DNA from: Verrucomicrobiota bacterium
Lineage (GTDB): Bacteria; Verrucomicrobiota; Verrucomicrobiia; Limisphaerales; CANJXF01
NCBI GenBank assembly: GCA_038214755.1
Contig: JBBQRQ010000022.1
Coordinates: forward strand, 1-57,340
Length of the DNA stretch: 57,340 nucleotides
Direction: 5' to 3'
The position numbers and the translations under genes are program-made. A model generated the notes under the pieces. It saw only the letters and a program-made list of their open reading frames with translations. It was not told where the DNA came from and made no database searches. Of the stretch, positions 28,311-37,735 are shown in pieces. Each line of letters opens with the position of its first letter. Position 1 is the first letter of the stretch.

Positions 28311-29107
28311 CAATGCCTGATAACATTGTTAGCACCGAAGGCGCTTCTCTTCGTGTCGTTGAAGTAAGCAAAGACTTCTCTACTCCTGGCAATTTGAATG
28401 TCCGAACCGTAGCTCTGGAGAATGTAACTCTCACCGTCGAGCCAGGTGAACTGGTGTCTCTCATTGGCCCAAGTGGTTGCGGCAAGTCCACCCTCCTTCG
28501 TTTGAGCGCAGGGCTGGATACTCCTACTTCCGGCCAGCTTTGGATGGGTGAAGAGTTAATTAATGATCCCAGCGCCGAACGCGGTCTGGTCTTTCAAGAC
28601 CCCAACCTGTTCCCGTGGCTCACGGTTCGTGGTAACATTCAGTCCGGTCTGGTCGCGCGCGGCAAGCTGCACGAGAAACGACATGAAGTAGATGACTTCA
28701 TGCGCCTGGTTGGACTGGAGCCCTTCGCCAATGCTTATCCCCATCACCTTTCCGGCGGCATGGCTCAACGGGTGGCTTTGGCGCGGGCTTTGATCAATCA
28801 CCCCAAAGTTCTCCTGCTCGATGAACCTCTGGGCGCGCTCGATGCATTCACGCGGATGCGGATGCAGGATGAGGTCCTGCGTCTCTGGCAAGCCCGCAAC
28901 ACTACGATGCTGTTAGTTACCCATGACATTGATGAAGCGATCTACATGAGTGATCGCATTGTTATTATGACTCCAAGTCCGGGCCGTATCGAACAAACCA
29001 TTCCTATAACCCTGGGTCGTCCGCGCCAACGCAACAGTTCAGAATTCCTTCGGCTGCGAGGCCACATCCTGGAACTTCTCCACTTCGCCGGTGCCTCGCT
29101 TAAGTAA
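28304..29107 (+). CDS. ABC transporter ATP-binding protein
   Basis: GPSGCGKST, LSGGMAQR, LLLDEPLGALD. Confidence 0.95.
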   Translation: MVAMPDNIVSTEGASLRVVEVSKDFSTPGNLNVRTVALENVTLTVEPGELVSLIGPSGCGKSTLLRLSAGLDTPTSGQLWMGEELINDPSAERGLVFQDPNLFPWLTVRGNIQSGLVARGKLHEKRHEVDDFMRLVGLEPFANAYPHHLSGGMAQRVALARALINHPKVLLLDEPLGALDAFTRMRMQDEVLRLWQARNTTMLLVTHDIDEAIYMSDRIVIMTPSPGRIEQTIPITLGRPRQRNSSEFLRLRGHILELLHFAGASLK

Positions 29108-29175
29108 TGGCTTTGAAGGCGAGAAAAAAATATGCCAACATAGGCCGACGGCTTTCTATAGTAACAGGTAAGATA

Positions 29176-30363
29176 CTACTGGGGTAAAACAGTCACTCGA
29201 TAAAAGACATTTGAACCGCCGGGGGTGACGATGGCGGAGTTAGTCGTCAAAACATCCCCTTCATCGTGCCAATCACCCCCAAGCCAGAAAGAATGCTGCA
29301 ACTGATAACGTCCTGTTCCGCCAATCCAGCGCATAAATATCTGTCCATCTTTGATGCTTGGCGGGGAAACCAGCACAGGAACACGACCGGCCAAAATCTC
29401 TCCAAGTCCGCGGGAGCGAACGAAAAGGCCACCAACTGGGGTAAGTGCGATTCCCTTTTCCCCCGGACTATAGCTGGCAAACCCATCTGAATACTCCTGA
29501 ATGATCGCTCCGTCCGAAACCCGGAAAAACAGGATATTCGTCCCGACGGATACGAGCACATTTCCGTCCGCGCTAAACGCCATTGCATAGGCTGGCACCG
29601 GGAATGTTCGCAACAACGTGCCGTCTAAAACTCGCCACGACTGCATCGGCCCGGAATACAAATAGGCGCTGCCTGTGAGGACTTGAAGACCGTCAGGCGA
29701 AAACACAACTCGACCTATGCCGTAAGTCTGAGCCGTCGGCACAGACCGAAGCAAAGCACCACTTGGGACTGCCCAAATCTTAAGAGAGGTATCTATTCCC
29801 CGAAATCCCGCGCCGGAGGCGAGCTTGCTGCCGTCAGGCGAAAATGCCAACGCTGCCATCTTGCCAGTCGTTGCAATCCAACTGTGGAATAGCGCACCAT
29901 TAGTGGCACGCCGCAGTTCAATTGTCGTGCCACTGCCGATGGCAAGCGTAGCTGAGTCCGGCGAGAACGCCACTGGAGGCCCTTGACTGATACTGGATAG
30001 GGAATAGGCGAGTGACCAGTCCGCTGTGCGCCAAACTCGAACACTGTTATCGCCGCTGCCTGAAGCCAAATACACTCCGTTGGGAGAAAAAGCCAAATCC
30101 CCAATCCAAGAAGTATGTCCCGATAGAGCGCGCAAAGGAACACCGTTACTCATCCGCCAAATCTGGACTGTATTGTTCGTCCCAAGCGCTGCTGCAATAC
30201 CACCGTCTGGTGAAACTGCAACGGGATTCAGGATGTAGTTGTTGATGGCTGTCGACTGCCACACAATGTCGGGCGTGGCCTGTGCGAACGCAGTGGCGCA
30301 CACGCCAATTGACAAAAGAAAACAAAGTCCGAAACTCCTGCCTGACTTAAGAGTTGTTTGCAT
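29176..30363 (-). CDS. secreted WD40-repeat protein with short C-terminal beta domain
   Basis: Signal peptide, LSGHTSWIGDLAFSPNG..LASGSGDNSVRVW, and C-terminal ..MRW..YQLQ..W..VFYRV. Confidence 0.88.
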   Translation of the reverse strand: MQTTLKSGRSFGLCFLLSIGVCATAFAQATPDIVWQSTAINNYILNPVAVSPDGGIAAALGTNNTVQIWRMSNGVPLRALSGHTSWIGDLAFSPNGVYLASGSGDNSVRVWRTADWSLAYSLSSISQGPPVAFSPDSATLAIGSGTTIELRRATNGALFHSWIATTGKMAALAFSPDGSKLASGAGFRGIDTSLKIWAVPSGALLRSVPTAQTYGIGRVVFSPDGLQVLTGSAYLYSGPMQSWRVLDGTLLRTFPVPAYAMAFSADGNVLVSVGTNILFFRVSDGAIIQEYSDGFASYSPGEKGIALTPVGGLFVRSRGLGEILAGRVPVLVSPPSIKDGQIFMRWIGGTGRYQLQHSFWLGGDWHDEGDVLTTNSAIVTPGGSNVFYRVTVLPQ

Positions 30364-30535
30364 GATGACTAATCACGCTGCGGATCGGCCAAGTCGACCT
30401 GACAGAAATTGGGCACCGCGTTTTTTTGCAGCCTATCCAGTTTCATGGCAGGACAGTAATTGCGCTCCAAGTTTCTGTCGAGCACGGGTTTTGTTTCGCA
30501 ATGAAAGTCGAACACGGGCGCTCCTCGCAGATAAC

Positions 30536-30602
30536 CTCCGCACTCTGCGTTTCTGCGTCTCTGCGGTGGCGGAAAAACGGAACAGCCGCAGAGACGCAGA
30601 GA
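30536..30602. repeat. 9-mer-type palindrome (TCTGCGTCTCTGCGG / CCGCAGAGACGCAGA)
   Basis: Inverted arms made of 9-bp units related to the CACAGAGG family. Confidence 0.65.
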
Positions 30603-30643
30603 AGAAAAGTGGAATGACTCAAAGCTGCCGCAACTGGCCGCTC

Positions 30644-31024
30644 CTAAATTCTCTTTGTTCTCTTTAACAACCATACGAGCGCGCAAAAAGATGCGCATAA
30701 CGTCAGCGCCAAAATAATTTCATTCGGCTTTGGCGAAAAAATCAGAACAAAATTTCTTCCCTTCACCAGCGCCGCGAAGCTCGAAACAAAAAACGGCATC
30801 AGAAACAATCGGATGATTTGCCAGCGCTCCAGTTTGTTTCCGTGCGTGGTTGAACTGAGATAGAGAGCGATTCCGATAATCACACTAAGTCCCACGGAAG
30901 TAAGCCAGAGTCGCGGGGCCGGATCGAAGTAGCGCGCCAGCACCACGAGATACCAGATCAGGTAACACCATAAAATAATTCTACTCGTGGAAAGGGTGGC
31001 CAGGTATCGCAAAATTTTTTTCAT
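30644..31024 (-). CDS. small integral membrane protein
   Basis: Four hydrophobic segments in about 126 aa. Confidence 0.75.
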   Translation of the reverse strand: MKKILRYLATLSTSRIILWCYLIWYLVVLARYFDPAPRLWLTSVGLSVIIGIALYLSSTTHGNKLERWQIIRLFLMPFFVSSFAALVKGRNFVLIFSPKPNEIILALTLCASFCALVWLLKRTKRI

Positions 31025-31137
31025 GACCAATGGATTGCAAAATCGTCATTGATTTTGAACAGGAGGTAACAAAGGGAACAAACAAAAATCTCAGGTATCT
31101 TCTTTTAGGGCGCATTTTTGTGGACGTTGCCATTCTA

Positions 31138-31288
31138 CTCTCATTAACACCCTGCTTCAGCGAGGTGTTAAAGGCTGACCATAGCTCATAACCGCTTCAG
31201 CGGTTTTAGGCGCAGGGCAAACCGTTGAAACGGTTGAGGCCGTCGCTGTTTCACTCATCACCCCGCTGAAGCAGGGTGTTAATGAAAG
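31138..31288. repeat. REPIN-like element CTCTCATTAACACC...GGTGTTAATGA (second copy 51466-51622)
   Basis: Terminal inverted arms with inner AACCG(C/T)TTCA(G/A)CGGTT hairpins. Confidence 0.85.
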
Positions 31289-31506
31289 GGCCGCCAAGGC
31301 CACGGATTCTCATCGAGCCGCACTACTCAAAACTGAGATGCGTTCCTCCGTTTACCCATTCAAGTTCTCCAGTTACCGCTTTATCTCAGCACAATTAAAT
31401 CCGGTGAAAACACGGATGAACTGATTTTCTAAGATGGCCAGTCGATATTTCACGAGGAAAAATCTCGCACGCCTGCGTGGATTAGTATCTGCTGTTTCGA
31501 CACCTT

Positions 31507-32613
31507 ATGGCTTATAAAGAACAACAATTGACCGACATCTCCCGACAATTCCAGATTTACGGTGAAATCCTTCACGCGGAAACCTGCAAGATCGGTCACA
31601 TCAACGAAACCTATTCCGCCACTTACGATCAAGGCGGCATGCGCGTCCGTTACATTCATCAAAAAATAAACCAGAACGTTTTTAAAAAACCTTCCGCCGT
31701 GATGAACAACGTCCTGCGCGTCACCAATCACTTGCGCAAAAAACTTCAGGACCACAAAACCAATCACATTACCCGCCGTTGCCTGACGATTGTTCCTACT
31801 CGAAAAGGCGACTGTTTTTTCCGTGATCGCGATGGAAATTTCTGGCGCACCTTTGTCTTTGTCGAAGGCGTCGAGACGTTTGAATCCGTGCAATCGCCGC
31901 AACAAGCCTTTCAAGCCGGCCAAGCCTTTGGCTGTTTTCAAAGTCTTCTCGTCGATCTGCCCGGCGAACGATTGCACGAGACCATTCCCGATTTTCACAA
32001 CACGCGAAAACGTTTCGACGCTTTGATCAAAGCCATCGACAAAGACCATTTCAATCGCGCGCAGGAAGCGGCGACGGAAATTCAATTTGCGTTGAAGCGC
32101 GAAAAAATTGTCAGCGTCATTCTCGACGCGCTTAAAAAAAAGAAAGTTCCCGAACGCATCACGCATAACGATACGAAATTCAACAACGTCATGCTCGACG
32201 TCGCGACGGGCGAAGCGATGTGCGTGGTCGATCTGGACACGGTGATGCCCGGCTGCGCGCTCTACGATTTTGGAGATATGGTCCGCACCACGACCAGCCC
32301 CACGCTCGAAGACGAACCCGATTTATCGAAAGTGAAAATGCAAATGGCCATGTTTAAAAAACTGGCGGAGGGTTATTACTCGATGGCGGGAAACTTTTTG
32401 ACGAAACAGGAAAAGACGCTGGTCGCGTTTTCGGGAAAGTTGATCACCTTTGAAATCGGCCTTCGTTTCCTGACCGATTTTTTGAGTGGCGACACCTACT
32501 TTCGCATCCATCGCGCCGGGCACAACCTTGACCGTTGCCGCACGCAATTCAAGCTCGTCGAATCCATTGAGCAACAGGAAGCGGCCATGCAGAAATATGT
32601 GGACACACTGTAG
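31507..32613 (+). CDS. aminoglycoside-phosphotransferase-family kinase (N-acetylhexosamine 1-kinase-like)
   Basis: GHINETY, HETIPDFHNT, THNDTKFNN, VVDLDTVMPG, YDFGD. Confidence 0.88.
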   Translation: MAYKEQQLTDISRQFQIYGEILHAETCKIGHINETYSATYDQGGMRVRYIHQKINQNVFKKPSAVMNNVLRVTNHLRKKLQDHKTNHITRRCLTIVPTRKGDCFFRDRDGNFWRTFVFVEGVETFESVQSPQQAFQAGQAFGCFQSLLVDLPGERLHETIPDFHNTRKRFDALIKAIDKDHFNRAQEAATEIQFALKREKIVSVILDALKKKKVPERITHNDTKFNNVMLDVATGEAMCVVDLDTVMPGCALYDFGDMVRTTTSPTLEDEPDLSKVKMQMAMFKKLAEGYYSMAGNFLTKQEKTLVAFSGKLITFEIGLRFLTDFLSGDTYFRIHRAGHNLDRCRTQFKLVESIEQQEAAMQKYVDTL

Positions 32614-32680
32614 CGGCGCGTCTGTGACCGCCGCATTTTTTTCATTCAACAACAGCGGCGGTCATAGACGCGCCGCTACA
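32609..32680. repeat. GTAG-type palindrome between convergent genes
   Basis: TGTAGCGGCGCGTCTGTGACCGCCGC / GCGGCGGTCATAGACGCGCCGCTACA. Confidence 0.85.
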
Positions 32681-32690
32681 TGTTCCAGGA

Positions 32691-33929
32691 TTATTTCCTC
32701 TCCACCCGCTGATAAATCTCATCGAAAACTTCGCCCTTGTCATTGATGGCAAGAATGTCGCGTTGGTCGGAATAGAGCGTGACCAAATAAAAATGACGCA
32801 CGGTTCCTGTCTTTGCGATGTACCAACGCGGGCCATCCGGTTCGCTCGTGCGCAATCGCACGCCCCATGCGCCATCGCCGAGATAAATGATACCTTTCGG
32901 ATTTATTTTTCCAGCGAGGAGCGGCTTGGTTCGTTTGTAGGCGTGGTCGTGATGTTCGAAAGAAACTTGCACGCCATATTTTTCAAAAAGCGGACACCAA
33001 TATTTTCGGACCTGTTGCGTAAGGTCGCTATTCTCGCCCACTTCGTCATTGCGCGCCGATGGGTAGGCCGGGACATGGTATAAAGGAAAAAGGTGCGGAA
33101 CATTTTGGCGTTCGGATAAAATTTTTTCCAGCCACTCCGTTTGCGCGCCGTCGATGGGATGCGTGTGACCGGAGTCGAGCAAGACGAGCGAAAGATAATT
33201 TCCAAAATCCAGATGGTTGTAGCCCTGTTTTCCGGGCATGGAAAACAGCGCGTAAAAACCGGGCGCGCTTTCCGGTGGTTTGCCCCAGAAGCCTTTCACC
33301 TCGTGATTGCCAATCGTGCAGAGCAGGGGGAGCAGTCGGCCATCGGGCGCGACCGCATGTTTCTTCCACGAATCAAAGAAATCATACCAGCGTTGCACGT
33401 TTTCAATTTTGTTGCTGACGATGTTGGCGTAAGCCAGATCGCCGCCGATGAACACGAACGCCGGATCAAATTTCGCGGCGAGCGCGTTCATGTTGTCCAT
33501 CCAATCTTTTTGATGATAGACGTCGCCGCCTTCGATGAATCGCAACGGTTGCGCTAAATCTTTCGGCATCGTGCGAAATTTGAATTGCTTGGATTGCTCG
33601 CCGAAACGAAAGAGGTAATCGGTTTTCGGCTTTAGTCCGGTCAATTCAATGGTGTGAATTCTTCGCCCGGAATCGGTGTCAGGCATGAGAACGCTGGAAC
33701 CTTTTGCGTCGCTCCACTTCTTTTGTTTGCTCTCGCGGAATTGCAAAGCGGATTCGGTTTGATTCGTCGTGTGCCAGTGAATCGTCATCGTCGTCGTTGG
33801 GTCGCGCTGCCATTGGAGGTAGAGCGCGGGCGGATCAAAGAGATTTGTGTTTTGGTCTTGAGAAAAACCGGGCGCGACGGAAAGCAACCAACCGGCGAGC
33901 GCGCTGAAAACGATTCGAGTGAAAGACAT
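32691..33929 (-). CDS. secreted purple-acid-phosphatase-like metallophosphoesterase
   Basis: Signal peptide, FN3-like N-domain, and GD, GGDLAY, GNHE, HxP, HHDH motifs. Confidence 0.9.
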   Translation of the reverse strand: MSFTRIVFSALAGWLLSVAPGFSQDQNTNLFDPPALYLQWQRDPTTTMTIHWHTTNQTESALQFRESKQKKWSDAKGSSVLMPDTDSGRRIHTIELTGLKPKTDYLFRFGEQSKQFKFRTMPKDLAQPLRFIEGGDVYHQKDWMDNMNALAAKFDPAFVFIGGDLAYANIVSNKIENVQRWYDFFDSWKKHAVAPDGRLLPLLCTIGNHEVKGFWGKPPESAPGFYALFSMPGKQGYNHLDFGNYLSLVLLDSGHTHPIDGAQTEWLEKILSERQNVPHLFPLYHVPAYPSARNDEVGENSDLTQQVRKYWCPLFEKYGVQVSFEHHDHAYKRTKPLLAGKINPKGIIYLGDGAWGVRLRTSEPDGPRWYIAKTGTVRHFYLVTLYSDQRDILAINDKGEVFDEIYQRVERK

Positions 33930-34042
33930 TTGGCAGCTTATTTTTTGTAGGCAGGAAAAGTCAAAATTCTTTTCCAAAAGCGATTCGATCTGGGCGCATC
34001 CACTAGATTGCAGGTTTCAAATTTTCGGAAAGAGGCGGCTAC

Positions 34043-34293
34043 GGAACGCCGATCTCCTGATCGGCATTGGAACGTTCCACCTTTTCCAACGAGCCGATCG
34101 GGAGATCGGCGTTCCATTATTTTGCAAGAAATTGAAATGCGCTCGTTCGATGAAATCGTCGTGCGAATTTCCTAACGCCAAATCGTAGCGCAGCTTTGCA
34201 AGCTGCTGTATCGCCGGTTTGCAACCGGCAGGGCGTCGCGACATCCAGCGGGTTGCAAACCCGCGATACGGCAGGTTAAAAACCTGCGCTACG
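34043..34293. repeat. two adjacent REP-like elements
   Basis: 34043-34115 is an inverted near-copy of 15339-15410, including the spacer. 34184-34293 is a copy of 24009-24117. Confidence 0.85.
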
Positions 34294-34706
34294 TTGCGTT
34301 GCGTTTTCGGCGACGCTTTGTTTTCTCAAAAATACTTTGTCGGATTTCTCCATTGTGCGCCGATATACTTCTGAAGATAAACAGCAAGCGTCGTTGGCAG
34401 ACCTCCTGGACAAAGCCCATATGATGAATTCGGAATGGTACACGCAACAAGAACTCCTTGAATTGTTGAAACAAATTGCCGCGCGGGATCAGAATGTTTA
34501 TCGCTCGTTCGTTGGAAAACTGTCAGAAGTCGAACCCGGCCTGACAAACTTGTTTGGCCCGGGTACAACCAAATAGGCGAATTTTTGAGGTCGCAAGTAA
34601 GTTTACCCAACCATTTTTCCGCGATGTCACGGGGAAGGGTGTGCCTTCGAAATTGCTCGTCTCCTTTCCCTGTCCGGTTTGCGCAGCGGCGGTTACTATT
34701 CAATGA

Positions 34707-36383
34707 GTGAACAGTTTGACCGACCAACAGCTTTTGCGCGATTACACCGAGCGCCGATCCGAGACGGCATTTTCTGAACTGGTGCGACGGCATATTGACT
34801 TCGTCTATTCCGCCGCACTGCGCATGGTTCGCGATACGCATCTGGCCGAAGACGTAACGCAAGCAGTGTTTTTGGCATTGGCGGAAAATACGCGGCAACT
34901 CACGGAACATCCCGTTTTGTCCGGTTGGTTGCATCGCACCGCCCAAAACCTTGCCGCCAACGCCGTCCGCTCCGATGTGCGCCGTCGCGCCCGCGAACAG
35001 GAAGCCGCCACTATGAACGAATTGTTTTCCACGGAACCCGACGCCACTTGGGAACACATCGCCCCGCATCTCGACTCGGCCATTGGCGACTTGAGTGACA
35101 CTGATCGCGATGCGGTTTTGCTGCGCTACTTTCAACGCAAGTCCGCTCATGAGATCGCGAAAATCCTGGGTCTCAGCGATGAGGCGGCGCAAAAGCGAGT
35201 GAGCCGCGCGGTCGAGCGGTTGCGAGAATATTTTTCCAAAAGCGGAATTGCCATCGGCAGTGGTGGATTGGTGGCGTTGCTTTCGATCAATGCGGTGCAA
35301 TCCGCGCCGATGGCTTTGAGCGGGACGATTTCAGCGGCGGCAGCGGTGGGAGTAGCGGTAAAAACGACAGGAACAATGGCAGCAGGAAAAACTTTGATTA
35401 TGACAACAACTCAAAAGGCTTTGATCGCGACCGCGCTCGCTGCGGCATTGGCAACGGGCGTTTACGAACTGGCGCAAAATTCGCGACTGCAAAATGATCT
35501 TCAGCGGGTCGAACAAAAATTGAAACCGCTGGCCGAGCAGAATGAGCAGTTACGCCGCGAGCGGGACGGGATGCAAAAACAACTCTTGTCAGCGCAGCAA
35601 GATGCCGAGCAAGGGAAGCGTCAAATCTCGGAGCTTCCGAAGTTGCGCGGCGACGTGGCGCGCTTGCGTGCGAGCGAGCGTGAGTTGGCGGAATTGCGAG
35701 GAGCGGATGCGGAAACTACAGCGCAACGTGAAATGAAATCATGGTTGATACGCGTTGACCAACTCAAGAAACGACTGGAGGAAAATCCAGATCAGAAAAT
35801 TCCCGAACTGCAATTTGTGACGGAGCAAGATTGGTTGGATGCCGCCCGTCGCAAATTTAAAACGGACAAGGATATTCGCGGGGCACTCAGCCAATTACGA
35901 CGATCAGGCGAAAGCGCATTCGCAAATATGTTGGACTCCGCTTTGAGAAAATACCTGGAAGCCAACAATGGAAAATTTCCGAATGAAGTGTCGGCATTGC
36001 AAAACTATTTCAAACCGCCAATCGACGCCGCTCTTTTGCAACGCTACGAAGTTGTTCCACCAAAAATTTCTCCAGACGGCAAAATAAAACAGGGGAATCA
36101 AGGAAAGGTTACGCAGAGCTTTCCGATCGATGACGAGTTTGATACGCGTTTTACAATCAACGCCGACGGGGTGAGTAGCGCTTATCCAGCTTGGAGAAAA
36201 AGAACGGGAGAAGACTCTAATTGGGATATAATATCTCCGGCTACGAAGGCATACAAAGCGGCTTACGGAATAAGTATGCCGACTGACCTATCGTTGCTCC
36301 GTCCCTTTGTTACAACGCCCGAACAAAAAGCCGCGCTGGAAAAAGTAATTCAGGCGACGAAAGAAGAATCTGATAAAAAATAA
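34707..36383 (+). CDS. ECF sigma factor with long C-terminal extension
   Basis: TDQQLLRDY..AFSELVRRHIDFVYSAALR..AEDVTQAVF..AAQKRVSRAVERLR, followed by hydrophobic segments and a coiled coil. Confidence 0.92.
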   Translation: MNSLTDQQLLRDYTERRSETAFSELVRRHIDFVYSAALRMVRDTHLAEDVTQAVFLALAENTRQLTEHPVLSGWLHRTAQNLAANAVRSDVRRRAREQEAATMNELFSTEPDATWEHIAPHLDSAIGDLSDTDRDAVLLRYFQRKSAHEIAKILGLSDEAAQKRVSRAVERLREYFSKSGIAIGSGGLVALLSINAVQSAPMALSGTISAAAAVGVAVKTTGTMAAGKTLIMTTTQKALIATALAAALATGVYELAQNSRLQNDLQRVEQKLKPLAEQNEQLRRERDGMQKQLLSAQQDAEQGKRQISELPKLRGDVARLRASERELAELRGADAETTAQREMKSWLIRVDQLKKRLEENPDQKIPELQFVTEQDWLDAARRKFKTDKDIRGALSQLRRSGESAFANMLDSALRKYLEANNGKFPNEVSALQNYFKPPIDAALLQRYEVVPPKISPDGKIKQGNQGKVTQSFPIDDEFDTRFTINADGVSSAYPAWRKRTGEDSNWDIISPATKAYKAAYGISMPTDLSLLRPFVTTPEQKAALEKVIQATKEESDKK

Positions 36384-36395
36384 TTCTTCAGCGAA

Positions 36396-36455
36396 TCACG
36401 TTGGCGACAAAAGCAACCTCATATTCGTCGGCCCAATGTCGGCCAATTCTTTTCC
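36396..36455 (-). repeat. degenerate duplicate of the rmuC 3' end
   Basis: 36428-36455 matches 37771-37798 at 27/28 nt. It reads GKELADIGPTNMRLLLSPT* versus rmuC GKELADIAPMGATLRLPPGI*. Confidence 0.8.
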
Positions 36456-36525
36456 ATTCTGCCGCAGAATAGACAAAAACCCTTTGCAGATTGCCTCACG
36501 CTCGGGAACCACATAATTTACCAGC

Positions 36526-36738
36526 ATGAGAAATCGTTACACCGCGATCGTTCAGCGTGACGGAAAATGGTTGATCGCTTTCTGCCCCGAAGTTCCCGAA
36601 GCCAACGGCCAAGGCAAGACGCGGGAGGAATGCCTGGAAAGTCTGGCGGCGGCGATTGAACTTGTCCTCGAATACAAACGCGAGCAGGGATTGGAAAACG
36701 CCGCCCGAGGCGCGGAGCAAACTTCGATTTTGGTTTGA
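36526..36738 (+). CDS. HicB-family antitoxin
   Basis: YTAIVQRDGKWLIAFCPEVPEANGQGKTREECLESL..AI. Confidence 0.9.
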   Translation: MRNRYTAIVQRDGKWLIAFCPEVPEANGQGKTREECLESLAAAIELVLEYKREQGLENAARGAEQTSILV

Positions 36739-36779
36739 TGAAACGCCGCGATTTCTTCCGCCGTTTGTCCTCGCAGTAA
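36738..36779 (+). pseudogene. truncated HicA-like toxin start
   Basis: TGATG overlap with the HicB stop. MKRRDFFRRLSSQ* resembles HicA N-termini (MKRRDL..L). Confidence 0.55.
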
Positions 36780-36806
36780 ACGAGGCCGCCTAAAAAATCG
36801 GCTGAC

Positions 36807-36968
36807 TTAAAACTCCAAGCCAAGTTCCGTCTTCACGGTTTCCCAGTCCGTCCCTGGCTTGTCTGCGTTTTGCTTTTTGGCTCGGGCCAAATCACGGCGA
36901 TTCTCCAAATCTTCCACCGTGTCGCGTAGTTGACGAAGAATGGTTTTGGCTTGAGTAACCTGCTCGTC
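36807..36968 (-). pseudogene. 5'-truncated antitoxin-like fragment
   Basis: ..LRDTVEDLENRRDLARAKKQNADKPGTDWETVKTELGLEF*, with an in-frame stop upstream and no ATG. Confidence 0.55.
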
Positions 36969-37078
36969 TCAGTCGGAACGATTCAGTTGAAACGGCCACG
37001 TCCGAAGACTGGAGCGCGAAATTTATTCCGCTTCGACTCGATCACGACTTGCCATCATCGCGCACCGAACCCTGAACC

Positions 37079-37148
37079 GTAGCCGCCGACGTGAGGAGGC
37101 GGAGTTGGGCTGGCACGCGAGTCTCCGCCTCCTCCCGTCGGCGGCTAC
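37079..37148. repeat. GTAGCCGCCGACGTGAGGAGGCGGA palindrome
   Basis: Inverted arms. Same family as the outer arms at 42820-43127. Confidence 0.85.
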
Positions 37149-37490
37149 AGCCGAGTTCATGGGGAGGGAGAATATTATGCAGTGCTGGAAAAGGTTCACC
37201 GTTAAGACTGATGGCGCGTCCTGACGGCAAGGCTCCCTCCCCAGGCACCGAACCGAAAAATTCAGACAACCTTTTGTTGCATATGCAACAAAAGTTTGTA
37301 CTCGCCGGTTCTTGGGTTCAATTCACGAAAAAACATTTCGGGGAAATCCCTCCACTGGGGAAAAGGGTGAAGGTGAGGGCGAAGTAACCTTCCTGGACTG
37401 AATCGCCCCGGCTAAATTCGTTGAAATTCGGCGATGTCCTTCTTGTTCTGCTCAACATCACGCAGGAGAAACAACGCCTGTCGGCTTAAA

Positions 37491-37697
37491 TCAAAAAGCT
37501 GCTTGAACACGTCGAATGATTTTCCAGGTTTCGGCTTGTTTTCGGCGAGTCGATGCTTGCAAGCGGTGAATTTCAGCGTCCGTTTTTTTCATGTTTTTAC
37601 GGATGGCCGTCATTTCTTTCAAGCATTCATCCAGCGCGGCCAAGTATCTGGGAGCGTCCTGCTCTTCCAAAGTGGCGGTGGCGGTTTTCATTGGCAT
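37491..37697 (-). CDS. small hypothetical coiled-coil protein
   Basis: MPMKTATATLEEQ..., overlapped at its end by a short GTG-start ORF (37510-37412) that may be a truncated partner. Confidence 0.5.
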   Translation of the reverse strand: MPMKTATATLEEQDAPRYLAALDECLKEMTAIRKNMKKTDAEIHRLQASTRRKQAETWKIIRRVQAAF

Positions 37698-37735
37698 TGA
37701 AGTTAGTCGAGAGGAAATAAGCATTGCAATCGCTT

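Noticed and set aside
34337..34576. 79-aa ORF upstream of the ECF gene
   Set aside because: TTG start right after a REP and no recognisable motif. It may be a gene remnant but cannot be supported.
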